A stretch of 63,500 nt of DNA, counting the filler, from Globobulimina sp. (Eukaryota), in assembly GCA_003354225.1 (NCBI GenBank). It is 47 parts of 47 records of this genome, joined end to end, with 100 filler letters (N's around TTAATTAATTAA, not from the genome) between each part and the next. Parts side by side here need not be neighbours in the genome. Positions count along the whole stretch, not along the records: positions 37,903 to 39,155 come from PIVH01020059.1; positions 39,256 to 40,508 come from PIVH01020060.1; positions 40,609 to 41,861 come from PIVH01020061.1; positions 41,962 to 43,214 come from PIVH01020062.1; positions 43,315 to 44,567 come from PIVH01020063.1; positions 44,668 to 45,920 come from PIVH01020064.1; positions 46,021 to 47,273 come from PIVH01020065.1; positions 47,374 to 48,626 come from PIVH01020066.1; 39 more parts are not named here. One strand, given 5' to 3'. Both the position numbers and the translations under genes were made by a program. The notes below the pieces were generated by a model that saw only the letters and a program-made list of their open reading frames with translations, was not told the origin of the DNA and did not search any database. Shown here piece after piece: positions 37,903-49,335 of the stretch (its first letter is position 1; each line of letters opens with the position of its first letter).

Positions 37903-39155
37903 GATTTGTGCAACAAAACTGGTGATATTTTGTGTGCAGTGAATATATTTGACGGAATAAACGAAGATAAACGAGATATTATCTGCATCGGTGCGATGAT
38001 GAACTGTTGGATGAATAACAATGATTATAAACAAGTAATTTTATTATACGACAAATATGATCAAATTGTGGAGCATAATGATGTGACAAAGACGTTGTTC
38101 ATCAAAGCATGTATTCACATTGGTGACTTTTCAAAATGCAAAACAATGATCGATGAAATAGTTGCAGAGAATGTGAATAATCATAGCATTCAATGTATTA
38201 ACACAGCGATTGGTTTTTATGGCAGAATTGGTGATGTTGATACAGCTTTGAATATATTCGAAAATATTTGTGCTCAAAACAGGAATATTATAAACATGAA
38301 TGCAATGATGAATGTTTATATTGATAATTACTTGAATGACAAAGCAATTTTATTATATGAACAATATGATGATTCAAACCACGATGATACCTCAAAATTG
38401 CTGTATATAAAAGCATGTTCAAATATTGGTAATTATCATAAATGTAAACATGTTTGTGATAATATTAAAGAGATAAAAGAGTGTGATAATGAATTGATTT
38501 CCACATTGATTCATTATTTTGGTAAAATTAATGATATTAACAAAGCATTGGATATATTTAATACGATAGAAGTGCAGAAGAAAAGTATTGTCCATACGAA
38601 TGCGATGATGAATGCATGCAATGATAATGAACAATATGAGGAAACACTCAATTTATTTAATGAAATGCATGAAAAAGATGCGATAAGTTATAGCATTGCA
38701 TTACATGCTTGTGGTTGTATGATGTCATTACATTGTGGTTGTATGATAATTGATCAGTTAAATAAATTAGAAAATAATCATTTATGCAACAAGTTATCGA
38801 TAAAATCTGCAATGATTTGTATGTTTGCAAAAAACAGTGAATTTGATGAAGCAATTAACATTTTTAGGAGTATTGATAAAGGGGAACTGAGCGCGGATAA
38901 ATGTGATGATATATTATGTTTATATGCAGCTATTATTGATTGTTTTGCGAAAATGGGTGATATTGATAATGTTTTATTATTATATAAGGAGTTAAAACAA
39001 TATAAGTGCATTGAAGTTAGCAGTTTTATATATTGCATTATATTGAATGCGTGTTCACATACTGGATATATTGAATATGCATTATCTATTTTTGATGAAA
39101 TTAAAAGTAAAAATAATTTGCACCCACTTATTATATCTGCAATGATTGATTGTTT
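37903..39155 (+). CDS. Pentatricopeptide-repeat protein, PLS-class-like, partial at both ends
   Basis: Triplet periodicity of P (NAMM..Y), L (IKAC..IG) and S (TLI.F/YGK.GD..AL.IF) motifs, ending LNACSHTGYIEYALSIF...SAMIDC. Confidence 0.88.
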
Positions 39156-39400
39156 NNNNNNNNNNNNNNNNNNNNNNNNNNNNNNNNNNNNNNNNNNNNT
39201 TAATTAATTAANNNNNNNNNNNNNNNNNNNNNNNNNNNNNNNNNNNNNNNNNNNNGAGGATTGCTTTTTTGACAGGCAAAATTTGGTGTACCCAAAAATG
39301 AGTTAACACGTGTGATTTAATAACTGAACTTATTAGTGAAGCACCAAAATATCAATAGAAATAATCGAATATAGCAATCACTAACTCCAAAACTACCTTA

Positions 39401-40471
39401 ATGTCATCTTTCTTCAACAAACATAATTTATCCACAAAATCAAAAGAATGTTTGATAAAATTATGCAAAATCAAAAAAATACCGTACAATGGAACAAAAT
39501 CAGATTTAATTGACAGACTGATATTCATTCAACATAATATTAAATTATATACACGTTTAGTAGAGCAGACAAAACGAAATAATTATTTAACACAAAAAAT
39601 TGTTAACATTCAAATAACACAAAAAATACATTTAATACAAAAAATACATTGTGTTAATTGTAAAAAAATACTGAATAAAACAACACAATTTATTTGGTCC
39701 ACAATTTGTAATCATTATTATTGTTTGCAATGTTCATCCAAAATAATTAATGATTCATTATCAAAGAATACGATTCCAAAATGTAATAATATTAGCTGTC
39801 AACAAATACTCCCAAATTTTCGATTTAATGTATTTTTTGTTCCGCCATATCAAAATATCAAAAGTAAAGATAACAATTCAATGGTAAAGAAATTTATACA
39901 TTATCCTCAATTTAAATTTATAGCAGTTGGATACGTTCGAAATGCCTCCAAATATATTCATTTAGATATACCAACAGTTATTATGTCATTAATTTTACGT
40001 TTTTCAATAAAAACATGTTTGATATCGTCTGGTAAATGTTTAAAATGTGATAAGAATGGATTTATGAATATTAAATGTGACATATGTATTGGGACAGGAA
40101 AACAACGGAAATGTACTATTTGTAATAATGATGATGACGAGTATTTTGATGACAAACATGAATGTTGGTGCTGTAAAGGAAAAGGTGTTGAGCCCATTCA
40201 TTATGACTGCTCAAATTGTAATGGGTTGGGAATACAAAAAATAATATGCAGTAATTGTTATGGATATAAAGAAACATTTATATTTGATTTAAATAAATTT
40301 ATATCATCAAGAACGTTAACAGGATGTATTAAATGTAAGCAGTATTTTCCATTTACAGTAATGATTAAATCATCATTCAATTGTCGACGTTTATTTTGTG
40401 AGATATGTTTGAAAGAATCAGGAAACATTTGCAGTGTTCATGGATGTAAAGAAGCAGTAATTCTTCCTTGA
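39401..40471 (+). CDS. SAP-like + RING-like + DnaJ-type CxxCxGxG zinc-repeat protein, complete
   Basis: LIKLCKIKKIPYNGTKSDLIDRL; CVNC...CNHYYCLQC...PKC; CDICIGTG, CWCCKGKG, CSNCNGLG. Confidence 0.75.
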   Translation: MSSFFNKHNLSTKSKECLIKLCKIKKIPYNGTKSDLIDRLIFIQHNIKLYTRLVEQTKRNNYLTQKIVNIQITQKIHLIQKIHCVNCKKILNKTTQFIWSTICNHYYCLQCSSKIINDSLSKNTIPKCNNISCQQILPNFRFNVFFVPPYQNIKSKDNNSMVKKFIHYPQFKFIAVGYVRNASKYIHLDIPTVIMSLILRFSIKTCLISSGKCLKCDKNGFMNIKCDICIGTGKQRKCTICNNDDDEYFDDKHECWCCKGKGVEPIHYDCSNCNGLGIQKIICSNCYGYKETFIFDLNKFISSRTLTGCIKCKQYFPFTVMIKSSFNCRRLFCEICLKESGNICSVHGCKEAVILP

Positions 40472-40608
40472 TTGTTTTGTATTTCCAAATGCTGAATTTA
40501 AATATAGTNNNNNNNNNNNNNNNNNNNNNNNNNNNNNNNNNNNNNNNNNNNNTTAATTAATTAANNNNNNNNNNNNNNNNNNNNNNNNNNNNNNNNNNNN
40601 NNNNNNNN

Positions 40609-41354
40609 ACTTCGCTCACAATGGCAGTGGTTACATAGATGCCATATATTGCTATCATTGCAATGGCTTCGTACAGCACCATTTTGCCATTCAATGTGAG
40701 GCGTAATCTGGAGGCTGCGGCGATGAATAAGAAGATGCAGTCGCGTACGAAGGGAAAGCGTACGACTTTGATGGGCTCACTTACTGCCCAGGTCGAGATC
40801 ACCGCAGATATCAATATTGGATTAAAGACAGCGACGCCTAGCAAAGCGCCAAAACCTAACTTTGTTTGCTCTCCGCCGTGCTGGATGGCGGCAACACTGC
40901 TGCTTATATCTGGTGCGCCGTTGGCGAAGGCAAGGAATGTGACTCCGGCGATGTTATGACTGACGCCCAAAGTATCGGCGGTTTCTGCCATGATTGGCGC
41001 GAAGTACTTATCTGCGACATTGCCAAGGATCAAAACAAAATATATCCCCATTATGACCATTAAGATTGCGTTGGATGCTTCTTTGGGGAGACTGAAGGCG
41101 GAGGACCAGGCGGAGCAGTATTGGAAGAAGAGATAATTTATCAGAGCTTCTTCTGATGCATATTCGCTGCAGCAACACTTGACAAAATTGCAACGAGAGG
41201 CGGAGCTAACTGTGTAGGGTTTACATAGGGTGGAATTCGAAAGACAATTATCGCCGTAATTTGTCCGACAGCTTTCGCTTTGACCCATGATGCAATGCAT
41301 CCATAGGGAGATACAACATGTAATGGATAATATATGTGCTCGAGTGACAGACAT
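40609..41354 (-). CDS. Cation/Ca2+ exchanger (CCX/NCLX-like), N-terminal part
   Basis: Signal peptide; ADKYFAP, AGVTFLAFANGAPDISSS alpha-1 repeat, FVRDCIF. Confidence 0.92.
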
Positions 41355-41985
41355 TATTACTTTAGAATACGCAAGGTTGCCATGAGATTTTTAGCCAAAA
41401 CCAGTTTGTTTTGTTAATAGATTATAATAAAAGTACTAGTTTTTAGAAACAATGGCTTTAGCTTTAACTGAGAGGACTGCGGCAAGGACATATACTATGG
41501 ATTTTATTGCGAAGTGTATTGGTATTTTAAGAGAAGAAAAGGATTCTTCATTTAAACACATTGTAAATAATACCGAACATTGCAATGATATTATTGCGAA
41601 ATTAAATTATCCATTTATTTGTTGTTGGATCGTATCTGATGGTATTATTAATGCATAATTATAAAAGTGGCAATTTGTACGAATATAAGTTTCACACAAC
41701 TCACAAACAAATAAAATATCTCCACCACCACGCATACACAGGAAAAGACAGTAGATTCAATTTCGCACAAATGGCGTTTCCAAGGCCTACAAATCCACAA
41801 CGTATACAACGAAAACATTTTGATGAATTTAATACGACTGAAAATGGTAATTTGTGCAGTANNNNNNNNNNNNNNNNNNNNNNNNNNNNNNNNNNNNNNN
41901 NNNNNTTAATTAATTAANNNNNNNNNNNNNNNNNNNNNNNNNNNNNNNNNNNNNNNNNNNNCTTCGTTTTACTTTAATTTCTGAT

Positions 41986-42930
41986 ATGGAAAAAATCACA
42001 CTTCCAATAACAACAAAGAATTACAACGATATAGACAAATATATGAGAATTCTATCCATTAAAGACATTATTACAATAGACTATCCAAAGATAGAAGAAT
42101 TACAAGTAGCAACAAACAAATTCATAGACATGATATATTACCTTCACCAAAACTATCCAAAACACAATTTCAAAATCTCAAACTTCCCATTCTGCCTAAT
42201 TCCAGAATTCGATTACAAAACAACAAACATTTCAGATAATAACAAAACGAATCAAGAACCATGCCAAAAGTGTAAATACAAAATATCAAGAAATTGTCCC
42301 GGTATTTGGTCGCACATAAAAAATCCACAATTAATAACAATTCCAAATTTACCAACAGATATAGAGCCACAATTGGTGCTGATTTTGCATCTAAAGACAT
42401 TTTACAGAGGTGCGGATGGCTGCATTTTTGTTTATGACATTACCAATAAACAATCCTTTGATAGGATAGATTTTTGGAGAGAAATGTTTATTAAAAATGC
42501 TTCACTTTGTGATGTAGAAAATTTTCCCTTTGCTCTGGTTGCTAACAAGACTGATTTAATTGCATCAGACTCAAAGTCAAAAAGCCAATGGCATTGGAAC
42601 ACGGAGAACATTGATTCGAATGACTTGTCGACATATATCGTACATGGATGGGTCAGAAGAGTTAAATGCAAATACAACATATATGTACCATTGGATATAT
42701 TGTGTCTATGTCAAGCATTTTATGGAGTGATAACCATTGGTAAGCATTATGCAGATAACCACAATATGCAATATTATGAAACATCGGCAAAGAATGGATT
42801 TAATGTGGATGCTCTTTTCAAAAACATGGCCTTTGCTGCCGCTTCACTCGAAAACGATGCTCCGCTTTTTTTTATTCCACAGGCACCTATTATCAGTCAA
42901 GTAGGTAAACCACGTTGTCTCTGTTGTTAA
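41986..42930 (+). CDS. Chimeric ORF: prokaryote-like radical-SAM-associated segment fused to a Rab7-like GTPase lacking G1 and G3
   Basis: NFPFCLI...CQKCKY...CPGIW then FYRGADGCIFVYDIT, NFPFALVANKTDL, YETSAK, C-terminal CLCC; the Rab7 effector YRATIGADF lies out of frame at 42345-42401. Confidence 0.7.
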   Translation: MEKITLPITTKNYNDIDKYMRILSIKDIITIDYPKIEELQVATNKFIDMIYYLHQNYPKHNFKISNFPFCLIPEFDYKTTNISDNNKTNQEPCQKCKYKISRNCPGIWSHIKNPQLITIPNLPTDIEPQLVLILHLKTFYRGADGCIFVYDITNKQSFDRIDFWREMFIKNASLCDVENFPFALVANKTDLIASDSKSKSQWHWNTENIDSNDLSTYIVHGWVRRVKCKYNIYVPLDILCLCQAFYGVITIGKHYADNHNMQYYETSAKNGFNVDALFKNMAFAAASLENDAPLFFIPQAPIISQVGKPRCLCC

Positions 42931-43314
42931 CTGTTGCCTGTATTACAGCACCACACAAATGTGCTTTTTTCAACAAAACTTGCGGCGTTTTCTTAAAGGT
43001 TTACTGAAACATCAAACATGTCTCTAACCAAAGCTAGACAATTTCAACATTTATATAATCAATTAACCCAAAAAGAAGCGCGCCGATTTGTTAATACATT
43101 AGTAACGAAGCACACCACTATTATTATCAATGCATTATTTAATCAAATTCTAAACACATTATCAAATCAACAGCATTATGTAGACACTATTAATAATACA
43201 ATATCCAATATTATNNNNNNNNNNNNNNNNNNNNNNNNNNNNNNNNNNNNNNNNNNNNTTAATTAATTAANNNNNNNNNNNNNNNNNNNNNNNNNNNNNN
43301 NNNNNNNNNNNNNN

Positions 43315-44567
43315 ATCAAATTAAAAGTCAATGTAAGAGTAAAAATTACCAAATATCTTCTTCTTCTTCATCGTCGCTATAACTGTCATCCGTATCATCC
43401 TCGATATCACCAAATAGATCATCGATTAAGAGTTGTTGGTTAACTTTATTTGGTTTGATAGTTTTATCTTTTTCTTTTTCTTTACTATCATCATTATTAT
43501 TTTTATTTTTATTCTTATTCTTATTATTAACATTATTTTCAATCCAATCATCATCATATTCTTTTTGTAATTCATCCAATAAATCCGTACTTTTCCATAT
43601 ATTTTGGGTTAATAATTGATGATTTTGTACAAAACACGATTTTATTTTTTTATCAAACTGATTTATTTTTTTCGAATACAAAAAGATTTGTCGAATCCTT
43701 GCATATTTTGATTGAACTTCATTGATCCATTCAATTTTAATATATTTACATTTAATTACACCATTTAATCCTATTTTATTTTCATTTTCTAATTCCATCT
43801 CATTACCTTTTGTTTCATTTGATATTTCATTTATATTCAACGTATAAACGCCTTTAAACTCTCGTTGTACGCAACGGGTAACAATGCAGTTTATATTATC
43901 ATTATCTTTGTCATCTTTAGTTTCCGCAATATGAACTTTTAACTTTTCCGGTGTATAATTTGCATCTTTTCGAAAATCAAAATAAATGCCAATACCACTA
44001 AACGAGGCATATTCATTTTCATTTTTATTAAAATCAAATGAAATCCAATGTTTCTTATTACTTGAACCAGACTGCCAATACGTCTCTAAATTATTATCAA
44101 TCATATTTTTCTGTGTATTCTTATTCGATGACACTGTCAATGTAAATCCTGACGGCGGAATGCGTAAATATGAGCAAAATGTGCCACACATATCTTCTTT
44201 TTTATTTTCCTCTTCTTTCCATTTCCATCCATCCTCCAATTCCTTACAAACATTAAAATCAATGCTTCCATGCTCTTTATATAAACCTTCATCCGCTTTA
44301 AATACCGATTTAATATAAGTATCCCACAAAACATTCATTGCATTCATCACAAAATCCCAGTCACCATTTATTGTGTCACTGTCCACAAAAAAGCCATTAA
44401 ACTTAATATCCGGAGTCGGAATTAACGGAATAAATAGTTCTTTTTTGATCGGACCATACGTTTTCATCCTTTTCTTATGGAAATAAACTTGATTTCCGTC
44501 CGTATTTGCGACAAAAACAAACGATTCATATTCTTCCACCTTTTTCCATTCCCAACCATATACTTTT
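43315..44567 (-). CDS. Large-protein exon containing a DOC/APC10-like domain (HERC2/CUL7/ZZEF1-type)
   Basis: LTVSSN....NMIDNNLETYWQSGSS..KHWISF...DANYTPEKL...ARIRQI. Confidence 0.7.
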
Positions 44568-44667
44568 NNNNNNNNNNNNNNNNNNNNNNNNNNNNNNNNN
44601 NNNNNNNNNNNTTAATTAATTAANNNNNNNNNNNNNNNNNNNNNNNNNNNNNNNNNNNNNNNNNNNN

Positions 44668-45602
44668 CGATACTGCATTTCGTACACAAACCCAATTTGC
44701 AAGGCAAAATAAGAATGAATATACAAATAATTACACAGCAGATACAAATGTATATGTTAAAATCTATAATTTGCAGCAAAAACCATTGGATCTACAACCA
44801 TTGGACCAAAAACAAGAAAATGTATTTTTATGGCATGATGGTAGAAAATGGCTGTTTTCAAATTATAAGTCGTTACAATATTATTTAGGTAACAAAACAA
44901 TGACAAATAATATGCTTACACATTTACAGTATATTGTAAGCATATTATTTGCTTTTTATCTTAGATAATATTAACGGTAAAAAACAATGGGTAATAATAC
45001 CAGAAACAAATGCTGATAATATTTTAATGTCATTGTCACATAAATACGCAAATGATTTAAACGCATTGCAACGTGAAACCGATAAAATTATATTTAAAAA
45101 TGCGGTAAATAATGATTTTAAAATTAGAATTGACAATTTTTATGGAAAACATTATGGTAAACACCAACAACAATTTGAAGAGGATCCATCATTGCGAAGT
45201 GCATATAGATTATGGAGAGATAATTTAAATATAATTTATCAAAGAAATCAATTGTTTTCAATGGACGAGTTAAGGAATGAGGAGAAAGAATGTAATGACA
45301 AAAAAGAAGCACAAGATATTAAGAAAATAATTGGTGAAATTAATGATATTTGTTTGTCGATGCAATTTAGAAAATTATTAAAGAAGTCAAGGGATAAAAG
45401 TATTAAATTGGATGGCTGGAAGAATGGAGGAAAGATTGAGATTGTCATTAATGATTATTCGTATAATGGATTTTGTAAAATATATATTGAGAATAAAACA
45501 AATAAACAATTGGCAAATATGAATGTAAGAGATGTTGTATTGCAATTTCATAAATATTATTATCAACTGTTTGCTGAATTAAATGAATTGAATCAATTTT
45601 AA
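44668..45602 (+). CDS. Hypothetical protein, multi-exon fragment
   Basis: Open frames separated by a GTAAC...TTAG intron near 44889-44964. Confidence 0.45.
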
Positions 45603-46190
45603 TATGTAGTTGGTTGATTACTTTTTTTCTTTTCAAACAACTTTATATTCTGTATACTGCAGTCTGCACACAATCAAAATTCGAATATATGAGAGTGTGC
45701 TCACAGTAGTGAGTACTATATATATTCACAATCGATCAATGCGAGTTACTACTTTGAAACAGGAATACGTTTGAATGATCACTTCATCTTTTTTTTCAAA
45801 AAAGAAATGTTAGAAAGTAATTAACAATCACACACAGTCAAACATTAATAAATCATTTCTAGAACGGTTACTAGCATTTGTTTGTTGCATTGATATTTTA
45901 ATTTTTGGATATTTAATATTNNNNNNNNNNNNNNNNNNNNNNNNNNNNNNNNNNNNNNNNNNNNTTAATTAATTAANNNNNNNNNNNNNNNNNNNNNNNN
46001 NNNNNNNNNNNNNNNNNNNNCGCAAAGCAAGCAAAATGACGAAAGAGTTAGTGTGCTGATGCCTATTCCCCTTCTACTCAACTTCCAATCCAAAACTCTC
46101 TTTTTTCCGTTGTTATTCTCTGTTCAATGGAGTGGATGTTTTGATTGATTTCTTAGTTTTGTTTGTTATTTTGTATAAATATATTTCTAT

Positions 46191-47273
46191 TTGTTATGCT
46201 CAAATATGTTATGCTTTAATTTTAGAACGCCCAGCCTCAAAATGAACAATGAAAAATATTCACAAAATGATGTGCTGCAAATGCAATCAATGCAGCAATT
46301 ACAAACTTACGGATCACAGATGAAGCAATATTACAACTACAACATATCACAAAGTGAAATTATAAAAGATTATGCTGATTGTAAACAAGAGGAGAATGGT
46401 AACCAAAATACAATGCATTCAATGATAGCAGCAGAGGAACTTATATGTCGACAGCCATTCACCACTGCCACAGCTACTGATGAAGATGATGATATTTTGG
46501 TGATTTCACGTAAAACTGACAATAAGTTCGAGTTTATGGCATTGCTTCAAACACGGAATGACTCCCTCGAAATAGAAGTGAGTAATTTGAAGACGAAAAT
46601 AAAAGAATTACAAAATGAGAGAAGCTCAATCAACGAAGATAATAAAAAATTGCAACGTGAATATTCTATGCAAAAATTAGAGTATGAGCGATTGCAACAA
46701 AACTACGATTTTGAAAAGTTATTATTCAATCAGACCCAAAAAAAGATTCAAAAAATTGACAAGGAGCTGAATGAGGTGCGATTAAAAGCAGTGGAATGGG
46801 GCGATGAATATCAAAGTGCACAAAGAAAATATCAAGAATTAAGAAGGAAATATCAAACACAAAATCAATCATTGAAGAGATATAAACAACAAAATAATAT
46901 TTTACAGCAACAATTTATTGAAACCCAGAAACAAACGCATTTCAAATGTAATCAACAAATTCAATCTCATTCTAATGAGATTGGTAGTTTGAAGAAACAA
47001 TTAATCGATAAAGATAAACAAATAAAAAAACAACAAACATATATTGATAAATATTGTGAGGAGCAAAAATTAGAGAGTTCACATTATCAAATGAGCAGTC
47101 ACTGTGCTGCCATGAATGCAACAATTAAAATATTTAATAAGTATTTATCTGATATACCACCCGACTTTATGGAACCATCACAGAACTCGTGTTTCTGTAT
47201 AAAATGTCATGAACAAAGAAGAGATAAATTGGTGTATTTTCGTGGTTAACCAGCAAAAAAATATGTTTTGCCC
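46191..47273 (+). CDS. Coiled-coil protein ending in the start of a NEURL4-type ART/PARP-like domain; in-frame TAA at 47247-47249
   Basis: CFCIKCHEQRRDKLVYFRG*PAKKYVLP resembles the NEURL4 C-terminal block CxCxxC...RG-x-P...Y-x-LP. Confidence 0.65.
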
Positions 47274-47373
47274 NNNNNNNNNNNNNNNNNNNNNNNNNNN
47301 NNNNNNNNNNNNNNNNNTTAATTAATTAANNNNNNNNNNNNNNNNNNNNNNNNNNNNNNNNNNNNNNNNNNNN

Positions 47374-48625
47374 ATATTTTGGATTCTGCTTTGCATTGGC
47401 AGATTATTGCCGATTCCAATTTTTTATTTTCAAAGTTAAATTGGTGTGTTTTCCCTTTGTTTCTCTGCCATATTATATATGTCGATTCCTTCCATTGCTT
47501 TGTGTTCAAATCGTGCTCAAATGTAAGACTTTCGTAAGATAGATTTTCCGCTATTTTCGTATTGAATGCGTACTCGCTTATCCTCTTTATCTCTGTATAT
47601 GCCATACTTATCAGTGCTATCCATGATGCTTTGGTTATTTTATCCAATTTGCTGTCATTCCTTATATTATTTATCCATTTTTTCATCATTTCCTCATCGA
47701 TTGGTTTTGATCCTCCCTTTCCAGGGTTTTGTCTCTTTTCAGCTATTTTGTAATTGTATAGGTTAGGCATGTCTGCCTTTCCTACTTTGATATTGCGGTT
47801 GTATTTTAGCGCCATATCACGTATTCCGAATTGATGTGAATGTATCGCTGTCCATCCAAATGCATTTTTACATTCTTTGTTCCATATCATGTAATCGATT
47901 ATGTTGTTTTCTGAGAAATCGTCCAATTGTCTTTCTTGGATTTTTGTGAATATCCTCCAGTATTTCTCGACCGAGCTATATTGGTCATTTGTATTGGCCG
48001 CATGTCTGAATTGCCAATTATGCCATTTTCTTTGTTCGAATTGCAACGTTGTCATTCTCTTCGGTTTAAACCGCTTCGTGTGTTTGGGCTTTTTGTTACA
48101 TTTAAAAGAGGTTTTTAGTGTGTTTTTTGTTAGTGTTTTTAAGAAAAAAACTTTTTGTTGTTTTAGCAGTTTCAGAAAGGGAAAAAAAAAAAAAAAAGAT
48201 TGTATTAGTTTGCAAGTTGCGTAAAGATTGTATATTCAAAAGCATTGACATTTATTTGTTTGCCAACGTGGATATACTTTCTGTTGTTCGCATGCAAATC
48301 TATTGTCACATGTACATTGTTTACGTTTTCCTTTCAAATTCCCCATTCGTTTTCGGGCTTCTTTATATATTCTAAGTGCTTCATTTGAATGTTTCAATGA
48401 TTCGCTTGTTTTATTATGCAATTTCCAATCTTTATTACATGATTGCAATGCATTCCATTTACCTCGCGATAGTCCATCCGATCGCGGGTTATCATGGGTT
48501 GATATCCAATCTATCCATATATAAAAAGCATATTCATTGCATAAATTACATATTTCTCGTATTAATGCTTGTAAATCTTTGCGGTAGAAACAGGCGCACT
48601 TTTTTGCTACAATGGCGCATACCGC
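47374..48625 (-). mobile_element. Tyrosine-recombinase retrotransposon (DIRS/Ngaro-like): RNase H C-terminus (48625-48236) followed by YR ORF (48055-47374)
   Basis: RNase H end LIREICNL....FYIWIDWISTHDNPRSDGLSR; YR motifs ALISMAYTEIKRISEY (catalytic Arg) and KGKTHQ (catalytic Lys). Confidence 0.8.
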
Positions 48626-49335
48626 CNNNNNNNNNNNNNNNNNNNNNNNNNNNNNNNNNNNNNNNNNNNNTTAATTAATTAANNNNNNNNNNNNNNNNNN
48701 NNNNNNNNNNNNNNNNNNNNNNNNNNTGGCAGTAGTCTAATAATGTATTGTTCAAGTTTTGAATATATTAAATGTGGTGATACGGATTCACAGGAGTGTA
48801 AATAAATAAAGAAAAGTGAGAATTTGAAGATTTGTGGTCAATGTTTGAGTCCAGTACATACACATTGTTGGACTGAAACAAATTGGGTGTCAAGTGCATC
48901 GTCAACTACGATGTTTTTCTGTAAACAATGTAGCAGACAAGTTCTACAGCATTATGGATTTGAATTGCAAATATTTCTACCAATAAAATTATTGGACAGT
49001 GGTGGAAGCAGTTTACATTATTGTCAAGGACAAGCAGCTGTTTTATTTAGTTGAGTGTGATATGTACAAGAAAGCTTTTGGGCCAGCCAAATTGATGAGT
49101 ATTGATGTACAGTTCATTAATCGGACATTTTGAAATAAAATATCTGCGATGTTTCTGCATAATTTATTCACATGCTTTGTTGCCATTTGCTGACGCAAAC
49201 CAATCAAAATATTTCCCAATTTTGCGGTAATTCTGTACTGTTTGTTGACAGCTGTGCCCGTGTGACAACACAGAAAAAGGCAGGAAAGCATTGTTGCTAA
49301 AAACTCGCAACTAAAAAAAGAAGCATAAACAAATC

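Noticed and set aside
46191-47249. Ciliate-type TAA/TAG=Gln genetic code
   Set aside because: Very Q-rich ORFs use CAA/CAG throughout, and TAA, TAG and TGA terminate complete genes normally.
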